A stretch of 64,000 nucleotides of DNA from Spirochaetales bacterium (GTDB lineage Bacteria; Spirochaetota; Spirochaetia; JABEVK01). This document shows positions 9,328 to 18,534 of the stretch, piece after piece. Both the position numbers and the translations under genes were made by a program. The notes beneath the pieces are model-generated. The model had not been told where the DNA came from and did not search any database. It worked only from the letters and a program-made list of their open reading frames with translations. The stretch covers positions 58,460 through 122,459 of the forward strand of contig JBAXAI010000009.1 of NCBI GenBank assembly GCA_037142615.1, given 5' to 3'. Positions within the stretch are counted from its first letter, which is position 1. Each line of letters starts with the position of its first letter.

Positions 9328-12300
9328 TCAGCGCGTTCGCATGACGGCGCCGCCGAAGGTAAAGCCGCCGCCAAAAGCGCACAGCCCGACCACCTTGCCG
9401 GGCACCAACTCGGGGGTCAGCTCGAAAAGTGCCAACGGAATCGAGTTCGACGACGTGTTTCCAAAGTGCCCGATGTTCGAGAAGATCCTGTCGGCCGTCA
9501 ATTTTGTCTTTTGGCGCACGGCGTTCAAGATGCGCTGGTTGGCCTGGTGGGCCACAACGAGGTCGAGGTCGTGCGGCGCCATACCGCTGGCGTGGCAAGC
9601 TTGTTCCAGCAGGAGCACCATGTGCTTCACGGCTTCCAGGTACACCTTGGGACCGTCCATGCTGATGAACTCTTCGGCTGAAAGCGGCACCTTGAGGCTG
9701 CTCCCGTCCTCGCCACGGCCCGAAAGTACCGGGCGGTCAAACTCGGCCAGGATTTCGTGGGCCCTGTCGGCACCGACCACCAGGCTGGCGGTGGCGGCAT
9801 CACCAAAGACGGGGGCCGTCTGCACGTCGGTGTGGTCGGTTCGTCGGCTGAGCACCTCGGTGGTAATCACCAAAACGCGCCCGTTGGGGTTGTAAGCCAA
9901 ATGGTCCCACGCCGCCTGCAGGCTGTACAGGTAGCCGGAACAGGCCGCGTTGATGTCGTTGACCTGAATGAGCGGTTCCACACTTCGGCCCCTGGTCAAT
10001 TCGGCCAGAACCAGACAAGCCATCGAGGGCGTGAAACTGGCGGGGGTCCCCGTGGTGCAAAAAACCGCTGTCAGGTCCTCGGGCGCGAGTTTGTGGGCGT
10101 CGAGGAGTTCGCGGCTGGCGCGGACCGCCAGGCTGAGCGCTGTTTCGTCGTCGGTGGCCCACTGGCGCGTATGAATGCCGATGCGCTTCACGATGCCGGC
10201 GGGGGTCCAGTCGGGGCAAAGGGCCGCGATCTCTTCGTTGGTCACGGTACGCGAACCGGGGGCGATGCGGATGCCGGCCACACCAACCAGCGGTGCGCGG
10301 GCGCTGCGGTGCGTCGGCTGGGACTGCGCCCCGGTGTCGAGCCAAACGATGTGCGGGGTCCCGGGGTTCTCGAGCGTGATCGGCTTCTTTGAAACGCGGG
10401 CCGAGCCGGTGGCCACTTTGAGCAAGGGTGTGCCCACCTTCACCTGCTCACCGACGGGGACCAAGACCTCTGCGAGCGTACCTTCCAGCGGGCTCGAAAG
10501 GTCGAACGCGGCCTTGTCGGCCTCAAGCTCGGCCAGCTTCAGGCCCGGCGTGAGTTTCTGGCCCGGCTTTACCAACCATTCCAGCACGGTCACCGACTCA
10601 TCCGAGGGACTGGAACCGACGGCCTCGACGAAGGCAAAGCCGGCCTCGATCTTCAGGTCGAGCTCCCAGGTCAGTTCGCCGCCAAACAGGTCGACGGCGG
10701 TGGTGAGGATTTTTTTGTACGACGGGAGCACTTCGAGCTGGTTGCCGAAGTTGCACGGCACGTAGGTGTCGGGGCGTGCCACACGCCGTATCTGCACCGG
10801 CACCCCGGCCTTTTCGGCGACGGTGGCAGCGATTTCACTCGCCATCGACGCCGAGTGAGAATCTTCCTGCGCGATGATCAGTCGGCCGGTCTTGCGCACC
10901 GACTCGAGCACCAGCGGCTCGTCCCAGGGTGAGAGCGAGCGCAAGTCGATCACGTCGCAGGGCTTGCCGGCGGCGGCCAGCGCGTCGGCAGCCTTGAGGC
11001 ACAGGTTCAGCGTGTTGCCCCAGCCCACCAGCGTCAACTGATCGCCATGCCGGTGCAAGCGCCCGCGGCCGATGGGAACCAAGTGCTGGCGGATGTCTTT
11101 GCTGGTGGCCTGCGTGCGGTCGTTGAGGCAGCTTTTCGGGTAAAAGAACACTGTCGGGCGCTTGGACTCGAAAGCGGCGTTGAGCAGGCCGGCCGCGTCG
11201 CCGGCGGTGGCTGGCAAAAAGACGTCGAGGCCGGGCGTGTGCGCGGCGATCGATTCCATGCTGCTGGCGTGGAACGGCCCCAACCCTGGCTTGTAGCCAC
11301 CGCAACTGACCATCAGGATCATCGGCGCCTTCCAACCACCGTCGGTGCGCCAGTGCATCGAGCCCATTTCGGCGAAAATCTGGTTGTAGGCGATGGCAAA
11401 GAAGTCGGCAAACTGCAAAAAACCGACGGGGTGACGACCGGCCAGGGCCTGCCCCACGCTGACGCCCACAATGGTTGACTCGGCCAGCGGCGAGTTCTTC
11501 ACGCGGCCGGGGAAGGCTTCGCTGAGTCCCTTGGTGACGCCGAACACGTCGCCTTTGGGGTCTTCGATGTCTTCGCCAAACAGGCTAACCGCCGGATCGG
11601 TTTCCAAGCGGTGGCGGAGCACTTCGCGCAGGGCTTCAAGCATCGTGATCTGCTCGCCGCCCTCGACACCGGTGTTCTCCTCGGCCGGGTTGGTCAGGTG
11701 CGACGGCAAGTCGGCCTTAGCGGTATAGATTGGTTCGGGCTCGGCGCTGTCTTGGGCCCGAAGGGAGTCGGCCTGCACCTCGTCCTTCAGGCGCGCGCGC
11801 AGCTCGGCAAGCCGGTCCAGTGCGACACCGTTGTGCTCCAGCCAAGCCTCGAGGCGGGGCAGCGGGTCATCGCGGCGCCGGGTCTCTTCGATCTCTTCGA
11901 GCGAGCGGTAGCTTCGGTGGTCGTCGGCGTTGGTGTGGCTGTTGAGCCGGCTGACCTGAAAGATCACGATGGCAGGGCCCCGATGCTCGCGGACCCCTTC
12001 AACGGCCCGGCCGAAAGTCTCGTAGCTTGCCACGGGGTCGCGACCATCGACGCGCAAGAGCGGAAGCCCGTAGAACTCCTGGGCGTCGCCGCTGGGCCGA
12101 CTGTAGAACGTCTGGCCCTTGGTCTTGGTGCTGATGGCCCACGTATTGTCTTCCACCACAAAGAGTACTGGAAGATGCTCGCGCACAGCGTGGGCGATGG
12201 CCTCCAGCACCTCACCTTGCTGGGTGGTGCCGTCACCCAACGCGCAAACCACCAGCGGTCGGCTGGGCTGCTCTTTGATCACGGAGGCGACGCCGACAGC

Positions 12301-12663
12301 CTGCAACGCGTTGTTGCCCACGGGCCCGACCAGACTGAGCACTTTGAGCGCTGGGTCGCTGAGGTGCGCCGACATCTGGCGGCCCCGGCTGTGGCTGCCG
12401 TCCTTGCAAAACAAGCTCAGAAAGAACTGGTAAGGGCTGATACCGCGGTCGATCAGGAGCGCCTTGTCGCGGTAATGGCAGTGCAGGTAGTCGTCGGCAG
12501 TCAAATGGGGGTTCAGGAAGGCGATGTTTTCGTGGCCGGTTCCCGAAACATGGAAGAACGCTTCGCCGCGCTGGGTGTAGTCTTGCTCCAGGAGGTCGAC
12601 CTCCCGAGACTTGACGATGCTTTCATAAATAGAAAGGAATCGCTCCACGGTGGGTTGTTGCAT
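9328..12663 (-). CDS. Fusion protein: 2-oxoacid dehydrogenase E1 alpha + E1 beta + lipoyl domain + 3-oxoacyl-ACP synthase III (FabH)
   Basis: TPP motif GDGTTQQG...EDN, E1beta SPLAESTIVG/QFADF, lipoyl LEADKA, FabH NAACSG/HQAN/GNTSS in a single 1111-aa frame. Confidence 0.9.
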   Translation of the reverse strand: MQQPTVERFLSIYESIVKSREVDLLEQDYTQRGEAFFHVSGTGHENIAFLNPHLTADDYLHCHYRDKALLIDRGISPYQFFLSLFCKDGSHSRGRQMSAHLSDPALKVLSLVGPVGNNALQAVGVASVIKEQPSRPLVVCALGDGTTQQGEVLEAIAHAVREHLPVLFVVEDNTWAISTKTKGQTFYSRPSGDAQEFYGLPLLRVDGRDPVASYETFGRAVEGVREHRGPAIVIFQVSRLNSHTNADDHRSYRSLEEIEETRRRDDPLPRLEAWLEHNGVALDRLAELRARLKDEVQADSLRAQDSAEPEPIYTAKADLPSHLTNPAEENTGVEGGEQITMLEALREVLRHRLETDPAVSLFGEDIEDPKGDVFGVTKGLSEAFPGRVKNSPLAESTIVGVSVGQALAGRHPVGFLQFADFFAIAYNQIFAEMGSMHWRTDGGWKAPMILMVSCGGYKPGLGPFHASSMESIAAHTPGLDVFLPATAGDAAGLLNAAFESKRPTVFFYPKSCLNDRTQATSKDIRQHLVPIGRGRLHRHGDQLTLVGWGNTLNLCLKAADALAAAGKPCDVIDLRSLSPWDEPLVLESVRKTGRLIIAQEDSHSASMASEIAATVAEKAGVPVQIRRVARPDTYVPCNFGNQLEVLPSYKKILTTAVDLFGGELTWELDLKIEAGFAFVEAVGSSPSDESVTVLEWLVKPGQKLTPGLKLAELEADKAAFDLSSPLEGTLAEVLVPVGEQVKVGTPLLKVATGSARVSKKPITLENPGTPHIVWLDTGAQSQPTHRSARAPLVGVAGIRIAPGSRTVTNEEIAALCPDWTPAGIVKRIGIHTRQWATDDETALSLAVRASRELLDAHKLAPEDLTAVFCTTGTPASFTPSMACLVLAELTRGRSVEPLIQVNDINAACSGYLYSLQAAWDHLAYNPNGRVLVITTEVLSRRTDHTDVQTAPVFGDAATASLVVGADRAHEILAEFDRPVLSGRGEDGSSLKVPLSAEEFISMDGPKVYLEAVKHMVLLLEQACHASGMAPHDLDLVVAHQANQRILNAVRQKTKLTADRIFSNIGHFGNTSSNSIPLALFELTPELVPGKVVGLCAFGGGFTFGGAVMRTR

Positions 12664-12708
12664 GACGCAATAACGGTACGTTGGACACTCTAAAAAGTCA
12701 ACAAACGC

Positions 12709-13029
12709 TTACGTCTGCAGGGGCTGGATGAACAATCTTTCACCGTCGTAGAAGACCACTGCCTTGGGAGGACAGCCGAGCAGTTTCCAGTGGGAAGCGC
12801 CAAGCTGAAGGGTCTGATGGGGGCACTCGTTGAGAATATCGACCTCGGCTGGGCTACGAGTTCCGGACTCGCCCTTGAGGTAGTCCTGGACACTGATTTC
12901 GCCACAAAGCTGGACTTCGTGCTTCACGCGCATCAGGCCGAGGTCAAAGCCGTCGTTGGGATGAAGGATCAGTTTCCCCTTGGGGATGTGCTGACTCGCC
13001 GAAACCTGCAGGGTCAACGTCTTCTTCAT
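12709..13029 (-). CDS. Hypothetical protein (106 aa)
   Basis: ORF with GGAGG RBS, co-oriented between the lipid kinase gene and the E1-FabH fusion. Confidence 0.65.
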   Translation of the reverse strand: MKKTLTLQVSASQHIPKGKLILHPNDGFDLGLMRVKHEVQLCGEISVQDYLKGESGTRSPAEVDILNECPHQTLQLGASHWKLLGCPPKAVVFYDGERLFIQPLQT

Positions 13030-13039
13030 GGGCCGCCTC

Positions 13040-14074
13040 CTAATGACTACGTGACAACGTCCTCAGACCGCTGGCCACGCGTTTCATCGTCAGGGGAAAA
13101 TCCCCTGGTTCCAGCCAGAACTCCTCGCCATCGAGTTGCAGAGGAAGCCGCGCCGACTGGTGAACCGACAGCGAATCGCCCCGGGCAAACTCGATGCCGG
13201 GCAAGCCCCGGTGCGTCCCCCGGTAAATGGGTTCGCGGTAGCTGAGTTTGGTCAGCAGGTTCACCCGGTGGGCGAGCACGAGGTTGTCTTCGTCGGGCAA
13301 AATATGCTTTCCGGCCCCGTAGGTCCGGTGCCCGGAGGTCCCGAAGGCCACCAGCAGCAATTGGTCTTTCCACGCCGCCACCGGCTTGCCGTCTTGGGTC
13401 AGCTCGACGTCCATGACCACCATCTTGGTGGCCCACTCATAGAACAGCGTCGCCGCGTCGACCATGAGGCTGTACGTGTTGCCTGGCATCACTTTGCGGA
13501 AGCGATTGGTGAGAGACACCACCCAGGCGTCGAGACCGACACTGCCGATGTTGAAGCTGTGGTGCAGACCCAACCGGGGCGCGCGTACCTCGAGCATGTC
13601 GAGCGGGCGCGGTTCAAAACCGGGGGCCTCGTCGCCCGAGAGCACGTCGAGACAAGTGTTCCAGTCGTCGGCGTCGGCAGCGTCGTTTCCTGTCCCCAAG
13701 GGCAGCCGGAAAAACAGGAGTTTGGCCTTTTCCTCGTCGGTCATGCCCAGGGCAGAAATCAAGGCGGCACGCGAGGTGCCGTCGCCGCCAGCCACGATGA
13801 CAAGCTGAAGATCGGGACCCACGGGGTGCGCCACCATGGGTGGCAGTTCAGGGCTGGTCAGACGGATGCTGACGGTCACCTTTCGCCCCGGGGTTGCGAC
13901 AACAGGCCGTTCTACCAAGCCCTGAATGAGGCGGCTGAGGCGACCTTTGTGGCGAAAGGCTCCAGCGTGCGGGTTCACCAGCAGGTCGATGTGCAACGAC
14001 CGGTCGGGAAAAAGGCGGGTGGCGCGTAACCAGGCGCTGAACAGGGCACTGAAAGTGGCGACTGAAATTTCCAT
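13040..14074 (-). CDS. Diacylglycerol/lipid kinase family protein
   Basis: LVNPHAG, AGGDGT, LPLGTGND, QLDGE motifs; start MEISVATF is inferred. Confidence 0.82.
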   Translation of the reverse strand: MEISVATFSALFSAWLRATRLFPDRSLHIDLLVNPHAGAFRHKGRLSRLIQGLVERPVVATPGRKVTVSIRLTSPELPPMVAHPVGPDLQLVIVAGGDGTSRAALISALGMTDEEKAKLLFFRLPLGTGNDAADADDWNTCLDVLSGDEAPGFEPRPLDMLEVRAPRLGLHHSFNIGSVGLDAWVVSLTNRFRKVMPGNTYSLMVDAATLFYEWATKMVVMDVELTQDGKPVAAWKDQLLLVAFGTSGHRTYGAGKHILPDEDNLVLAHRVNLLTKLSYREPIYRGTHRGLPGIEFARGDSLSVHQSARLPLQLDGEEFWLEPGDFPLTMKRVASGLRTLSRSH

Positions 14075-14094
14075 CACCACGAATTGTCGGCCCT

Positions 14095-15444
14095 CTAGCC
14101 CGAAATTGCCAATCCGTATTCTTTGATCTTGTTGAACATGGTCCGCCGGGTGATGCCAAGCTCTTCGGCGGCCCTGGTCTGGTTGCCTTCCCACTTGAGC
14201 AGAGTTTCCTGGATGGCTTTGCGCTCCAGTTCCCTCAGGGTGCCACCGGCCACCGGTTCTGAGTCGGTCGCCTCGCCGGCTTCCAACAGGGGAAGTTCCA
14301 GGTCGGCCTCGGTGACGACTTCGCCTTCGGCAAAAATCAGCGCCCTTTCCAGCAGGTTTTCGAGCTCGCGGATGTTCCCCGGAAAGCTGTAGGCCCGCAG
14401 CCTCGCCATGGCGGCCCCGGTCAAACCCGAAACCTTCTTGCCCATGGCTTTGGACAACTTATCGAGCAAACGCGAGCACAGCCACGGCAGATCGTCGAGC
14501 CGGTCGCGCAGGGGCGGCAGCAAAATCGGCACCACGTTGAGGCGGTAGTACAGGTCCTCGCGGAAGCGGCCGGCCTTCACCTCGTCGGCGAGGTTGCGGT
14601 TGGTCGCGGCCAGAATGCGCGATTCCACCGGGATCGACACCGTGCCGCCGATGCGCTGGATCTTGCGTTCCTGCAGCACCCGCAGAAGCTTCACCTGCAG
14701 GGGCAACGGCATTTCACCGATCTCATCGAGGAACAGTGTGCCGCCCGAAGCGAGCTCGAAAAGGCCATTCTTGCGTTTGTCGGCGCCGGTGAACGAACCC
14801 TTTTCAAAACCAAACAGCTCGCTTTCCAAAAGGTTCTCGGGGATGCCACCGACATTGATGGCCAAGAAGGGCCCGCTGGCAAAGGCCGACTCGGTGTGGA
14901 TGCGCCGCGCCAGCACTTCTTTGCCCGTGCCGCTTTCGCCGGTGATCAGGATCAGCGAGGTGGTCGGTGCCGCCTTTTTGACCAGCGCGTCGATGCGCAC
15001 CCAGGCCGAGGACTGCGGACCAAGTCCACCGGCGGTGCGGCTGTCGGCTGGCTGCACTTGCACGCTGCGGGCAATTCGGTGGTCGCGGTGGGCTTCGAGG
15101 GCTTGCCTCAACCGGTAGTCGAGCTCGTCGGGATCAAAGGGTTTGGTGATGTAATCGCGGGCTCCGCGCTTCATGGCTTCGACCGCGTCGGCGATTTCGC
15201 CGTGGGCCGAGATCATCACAAAGGGCACATCAGGCCCTTCGGCTCGGCACCAGCTCAGCAGTTCCAGCCCATCCATGCCGGGCATTTTGAGGTCGGCAAT
15301 GACGCCCGCGTAGGCCTCTTCTTGCAAACGGCGCTGGGCAGCCAGACCGTTTTCGGCGGCCTCGGCCTCCCAACCCGACGAGCGGAGCAGTTTGACCAGC
15401 GCTTCGCGGATGTTCTTCTCGTCGTCGGCGACCAGGATTTTCAC
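14095..15444 (-). CDS. Sigma-54-dependent response regulator (NtrC/AtoC/ZraR type)
   Basis: REC (DD, DLKMP), GESGTGKE, GSFTGA, FREDLYYRL, Fis HTH. Confidence 0.93.
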   Translation of the reverse strand: MKILVADDEKNIREALVKLLRSSGWEAEAAENGLAAQRRLQEEAYAGVIADLKMPGMDGLELLSWCRAEGPDVPFVMISAHGEIADAVEAMKRGARDYITKPFDPDELDYRLRQALEAHRDHRIARSVQVQPADSRTAGGLGPQSSAWVRIDALVKKAAPTTSLILITGESGTGKEVLARRIHTESAFASGPFLAINVGGIPENLLESELFGFEKGSFTGADKRKNGLFELASGGTLFLDEIGEMPLPLQVKLLRVLQERKIQRIGGTVSIPVESRILAATNRNLADEVKAGRFREDLYYRLNVVPILLPPLRDRLDDLPWLCSRLLDKLSKAMGKKVSGLTGAAMARLRAYSFPGNIRELENLLERALIFAEGEVVTEADLELPLLEAGEATDSEPVAGGTLRELERKAIQETLLKWEGNQTRAAEELGITRRTMFNKIKEYGLAISG

Positions 15445-16709
15445 GGTGTTCCCTCCACAGGATGGCTTTCAGAGACCTTGGCCTCGGGCAGGTCGATGTA
15501 CACCCTGGCACCGCCTTCGGGCCGGTTCTCCCACTTGAGGGCTCCGCCGGCGGCTTTCACAAAACTCTCGGTGATCGAAAGCCCGATTCCGGAACCTTGG
15601 ATCTTGGTGGTGAAGAACGGCGTCGACGCCTCCTTGAGGCTTGCGCCGGTAAAGCCAGCACCCGAGTCGAGCACCTCGAAGCGTACCCAACCGGCCTTGG
15701 GATGGCTCAGGCGCACTTCCGGCCGGGCGTCGGGGCCGCTTTCGACAGCGTTCTTGAGCAGGTTTTCGAGCACCGAGCGAAGCCGGTGCGGGTCAAAACT
15801 GACGCGCCAACTCTGGCCGGGTTCGCGGTTCCAACGAATCGGCTCGGCAAAGCGTTCGAGCAGAGAGGCCAGAGCCTCGCCCAGGTCGACCACCACCGGC
15901 TGGCCCGACGGATCCTTGAGGAACTCGCGCACCCGGCTCACCAAGTGATTGATCCGTTGGGTTTCCTCTTCAATGAGAATGAGTTCTTGCGGCGGTTCGG
16001 CCCCCGCGCTGCGTTTGAGCAGGGCCGTCTGAAGCAAAATGGCCGCCAGCGGGTTCTTGATTTCGTGTGAAAGCGTTCGCGCCGCCTCGGCAAACTGCAG
16101 CAGCTCGCGGTTGTTGCTGATCGCCGCCTGATACTGGCGGCTACGGTTCCACAACCACCCGATGAAGACCAGAAAGGCCGCCCAAACCAGCGGCCCCAGC
16201 ACGGCGGCAGCCGTCCACGCCACCCCTTGCGACAGGAGCGAGTCTTCCTTGAGGCGCAGGAACAGGGCGGCACCGCCCAATCTTCGGGGCTGATGGTCGG
16301 CCTCGCCTTCGTCGTCGGTGACCATCATCGGGCCGGGCCGGTCGAGGCGTTTCAGAAAATCCAGCACTCCGAGTCCGGCTTGCCGGAACACCCGGCCATC
16401 GCGTCCAGCCCCACCATTCATCAGGGGCAAAACAAGCTCTGCGGGTGCTTCACCGTACTGGACGAGGGCTTCACCCGTGCGGGTGTACAGGCCGAAACCC
16501 ACAATGTCAGCGGGCAGAGTCGGGGGCAATTGCCCCAGGAGCGTCACCCGCACCAGTTCGTCGCCCAGCCGCTCGGTTTGATACTGAAAGACCTCGTCGA
16601 GGTGCGACTGCTGCTCGTGGACGAACAGCAACCACAACACCGATCCGGTCAAAAAGAGTGTCAGGAGGACGACGAGGGGCATGTGCTTCAGAAGCTTCAT
16701 ATTCCGCAT
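15441..16709 (-). CDS. Sensor histidine kinase
   Basis: Two TM segments; H-box SHEIKNPL, N-box NLLKNA, DSGAG, GSGIGL. Confidence 0.92.
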   Translation of the reverse strand: MRNMKLLKHMPLVVLLTLFLTGSVLWLLFVHEQQSHLDEVFQYQTERLGDELVRVTLLGQLPPTLPADIVGFGLYTRTGEALVQYGEAPAELVLPLMNGGAGRDGRVFRQAGLGVLDFLKRLDRPGPMMVTDDEGEADHQPRRLGGAALFLRLKEDSLLSQGVAWTAAAVLGPLVWAAFLVFIGWLWNRSRQYQAAISNNRELLQFAEAARTLSHEIKNPLAAILLQTALLKRSAGAEPPQELILIEEETQRINHLVSRVREFLKDPSGQPVVVDLGEALASLLERFAEPIRWNREPGQSWRVSFDPHRLRSVLENLLKNAVESGPDARPEVRLSHPKAGWVRFEVLDSGAGFTGASLKEASTPFFTTKIQGSGIGLSITESFVKAAGGALKWENRPEGGARVYIDLPEAKVSESHPVEGTP

Positions 16710-16733
16710 TGTCGTCCTCCTTGGGTCACTTTG

Positions 16734-17291
16734 CTAATCTCGGTCGTCCGATTCGCCGCGCCGTCCACCATCATCGTCTTCCGAGTCGAAACTGCGGCTC
16801 TGCGATTGAAAACTGCCGCGGCGGTCGGCAACAAACGCTTGGGACACGGCGTTGGTCCTACCGCCTGACGTCACGTTCGAAACGAGCACCAATGAAACGT
16901 TGCCGGTGCGGGCCTGAAGGATCTGGCCCTGGACGGTCACGGTGTCGCCCGACTTGAGGCCCATCGACGCCAGCGTGTCGGGTGCGATCGCCAGGAGGTA
17001 CTGCTTTTTGCCCACGGTCAGGCCCACCGTGCCCCAAGCGTCCATCACAACCTTGCCCGTCAGCGACTGGGTAGAACTGGACTTCGGGGTTTGGCCGAAC
17101 TGCTGTTGGCCTTGACCGAACGACTGCTGGTTGTTCCAGGCAGGCGCAGCCTTGCGGCCGGTACTCGCCGCGCCGAGGGCATCCGGGGCTCCGGTGCTCG
17201 AAAACGGGTTGGTCGGAGTTCCCAAAGACTGAGCGGAAAGCACGAACCCAAGGCCCAGCGACAGCAGTGTGTAGAGAGTCTTTTTCATCAT
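16734..17291 (-). CDS. Secreted hypothetical protein (paralogue of upstream gene)
   Basis: Signal peptide MMKKTLYTLL..., Q-rich linker, core LTGKVV...GLKSGDTVTVQG. Confidence 0.7.
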   Translation of the reverse strand: MMKKTLYTLLSLGLGFVLSAQSLGTPTNPFSSTGAPDALGAASTGRKAAPAWNNQQSFGQGQQQFGQTPKSSSTQSLTGKVVMDAWGTVGLTVGKKQYLLAIAPDTLASMGLKSGDTVTVQGQILQARTGNVSLVLVSNVTSGGRTNAVSQAFVADRRGSFQSQSRSFDSEDDDGGRRGESDDRD

Positions 17292-17299
17292 CGATTTCC

Positions 17300-17758
17300 T
17301 CAATCGTCCCCACCGCGCCGGGCGAAGGCCTGCAGGGTGATCACCTTGCCGCCTATGGTGGCAGTCAGGGGTCGGTAGCTCGGCTTCACGTCCTGGCCCT
17401 TCACCGTGGTCAGAACGCCCTCAAAAGCCACCTTGTCGCCGGTCTTCACGCCGAGTTGCTGCACCTGATTCGGGAACAGAGTCAGGGTGTAGACCACGCT
17501 CCCCACCTTGAGGGTGGCTGCATTGTTGGCTCCCAGCGTGATAACGCCGGTCAGCGCCTTGTACTCCTGCAGCACGCTCACGCCGGCCTTCCAGGTCACC
17601 TGCGGACCACCAAAACCCCCGGCGCCAGGACCCCCAGGGCCAAAGCCACCCCCGCCATTACCGCCTCCGCCACCACCCCCGAAAGGATCAGGACCGTTTT
17701 GGGCAAACAGCGCGGCCGACCCCGCGAGCAACAGGACTGTCAATAATCGTCTCTTCAT
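17300..17758 (-). CDS. Secreted Gly-rich hypothetical protein
   Basis: Start MKRRLLTVLLLAGSAALFA after RBS GGAGG; poly-Gly segment; core LTGVIT...GVKTGDKVAFEG. Confidence 0.7.
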   Translation of the reverse strand: MKRRLLTVLLLAGSAALFAQNGPDPFGGGGGGGNGGGGFGPGGPGAGGFGGPQVTWKAGVSVLQEYKALTGVITLGANNAATLKVGSVVYTLTLFPNQVQQLGVKTGDKVAFEGVLTTVKGQDVKPSYRPLTATIGGKVITLQAFARRGGDD

Positions 17759-17806
17759 TTCTTCCTCCATGCTGGGGCTCGTTGTGGCCCGACACATCCG
17801 TAGTTG

Positions 17807-17822
17807 AGCAAACGCCGTGCCA
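17807..17822 (-). promoter_or_regulatory. Sigma-54 (-24/-12) promoter
   Basis: Minus strand TGGCACGGCGTTTGCT matches TGGCAC-N5-TTGCW, ~50 bp upstream of the 17758 start. Confidence 0.85.
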
Positions 17823-17870
17823 GCTATTGGCAGTTCGAGCGAGTCCGACAGACCATTTTCGGCGAAGGTT

Positions 17871-17919
17871 CTGTGAAATTTTTTCCGCCAGTGGGCCCTG
17901 ACGGGAAAAAACTTCCCGT
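17871..17919. promoter_or_regulatory. Putative tandem upstream activator sites for the sigma-54 regulator
   Basis: ACGGGAA-AAAAC-TTCCCGT perfect 7-bp inverted repeat (17901-17919) and a related site (minus strand GGCGGAAAAAATTTCACAG, 17871-17889). Confidence 0.55.
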
Positions 17920-17937
17920 TTATGATAACACAAGCAG

Positions 17938-18534
17938 GTGCGAGTTCCCCTCCTGCCCGCCCGGGCCGAATTGACGGTGTCGAGGTCACGCTTTCTCGCC
18001 CTCATCGAAGGCATCGCTTCGGCCGAAGAGGCCCGAGCTCACTTGAAGGCTCTCAAAGCCCAGCACGCCGATGCCAGCCATGTAGTCCACGCCTTTGTGC
18101 TCGGCGAGGGCAACTCCCGCAATTCCGGCTGCAGCGACGACGGCGAACCCCCGGGTACCGCTGGGAGGCCCGTGCTCGATGTGTTGGCCGGCAGCGGAGG
18201 TTCGAATGCTTTTGTCGCCGTGGTCCGCTGGTTCGGCGGCACCAAACTGGGCACAGGGGGGCTGGTGAAGGCTTACTCCGAGGCGACGCGGGCCGTGCTG
18301 GCCGTCACAGCCTGGACCACGCTGCGCGACCTGGTCTCGCTGGGCCTGGAACTCCCGTATGAGAGCCTGCGCCCGCTGAAAACGCTGTTGGAAGAGGCCG
18401 AAGCCCAGGATGTCGTCGAGGTGTTCGCCGAAACCGTCACCGTCACCGCACGGGTGCCCCGGGAACACGTTGAAACGCTGCAGGCCCGCACCCGTGACCT
18501 GACGCGAGGGCTAGAGTTCCGCAACCTCGGGTAG
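17938..18534 (+). CDS. yigZ: YigZ/IMPACT family protein
   Basis: SRFLA, ASHVVHAF, SDDGEPPGTAGRP, VVRWFGGTKLGTGGLVKAY. Confidence 0.9.
   Translation: MRVPLLPARAELTVSRSRFLALIEGIASAEEARAHLKALKAQHADASHVVHAFVLGEGNSRNSGCSDDGEPPGTAGRPVLDVLAGSGGSNAFVAVVRWFGGTKLGTGGLVKAYSEATRAVLAVTAWTTLRDLVSLGLELPYESLRPLKTLLEEAEAQDVVEVFAETVTVTARVPREHVETLQARTRDLTRGLEFRNLG

Noticed and set aside
17610-17690. GGN-rich tandem repeat
   Set aside because: Simply encodes the poly-Gly linker of the secreted protein.
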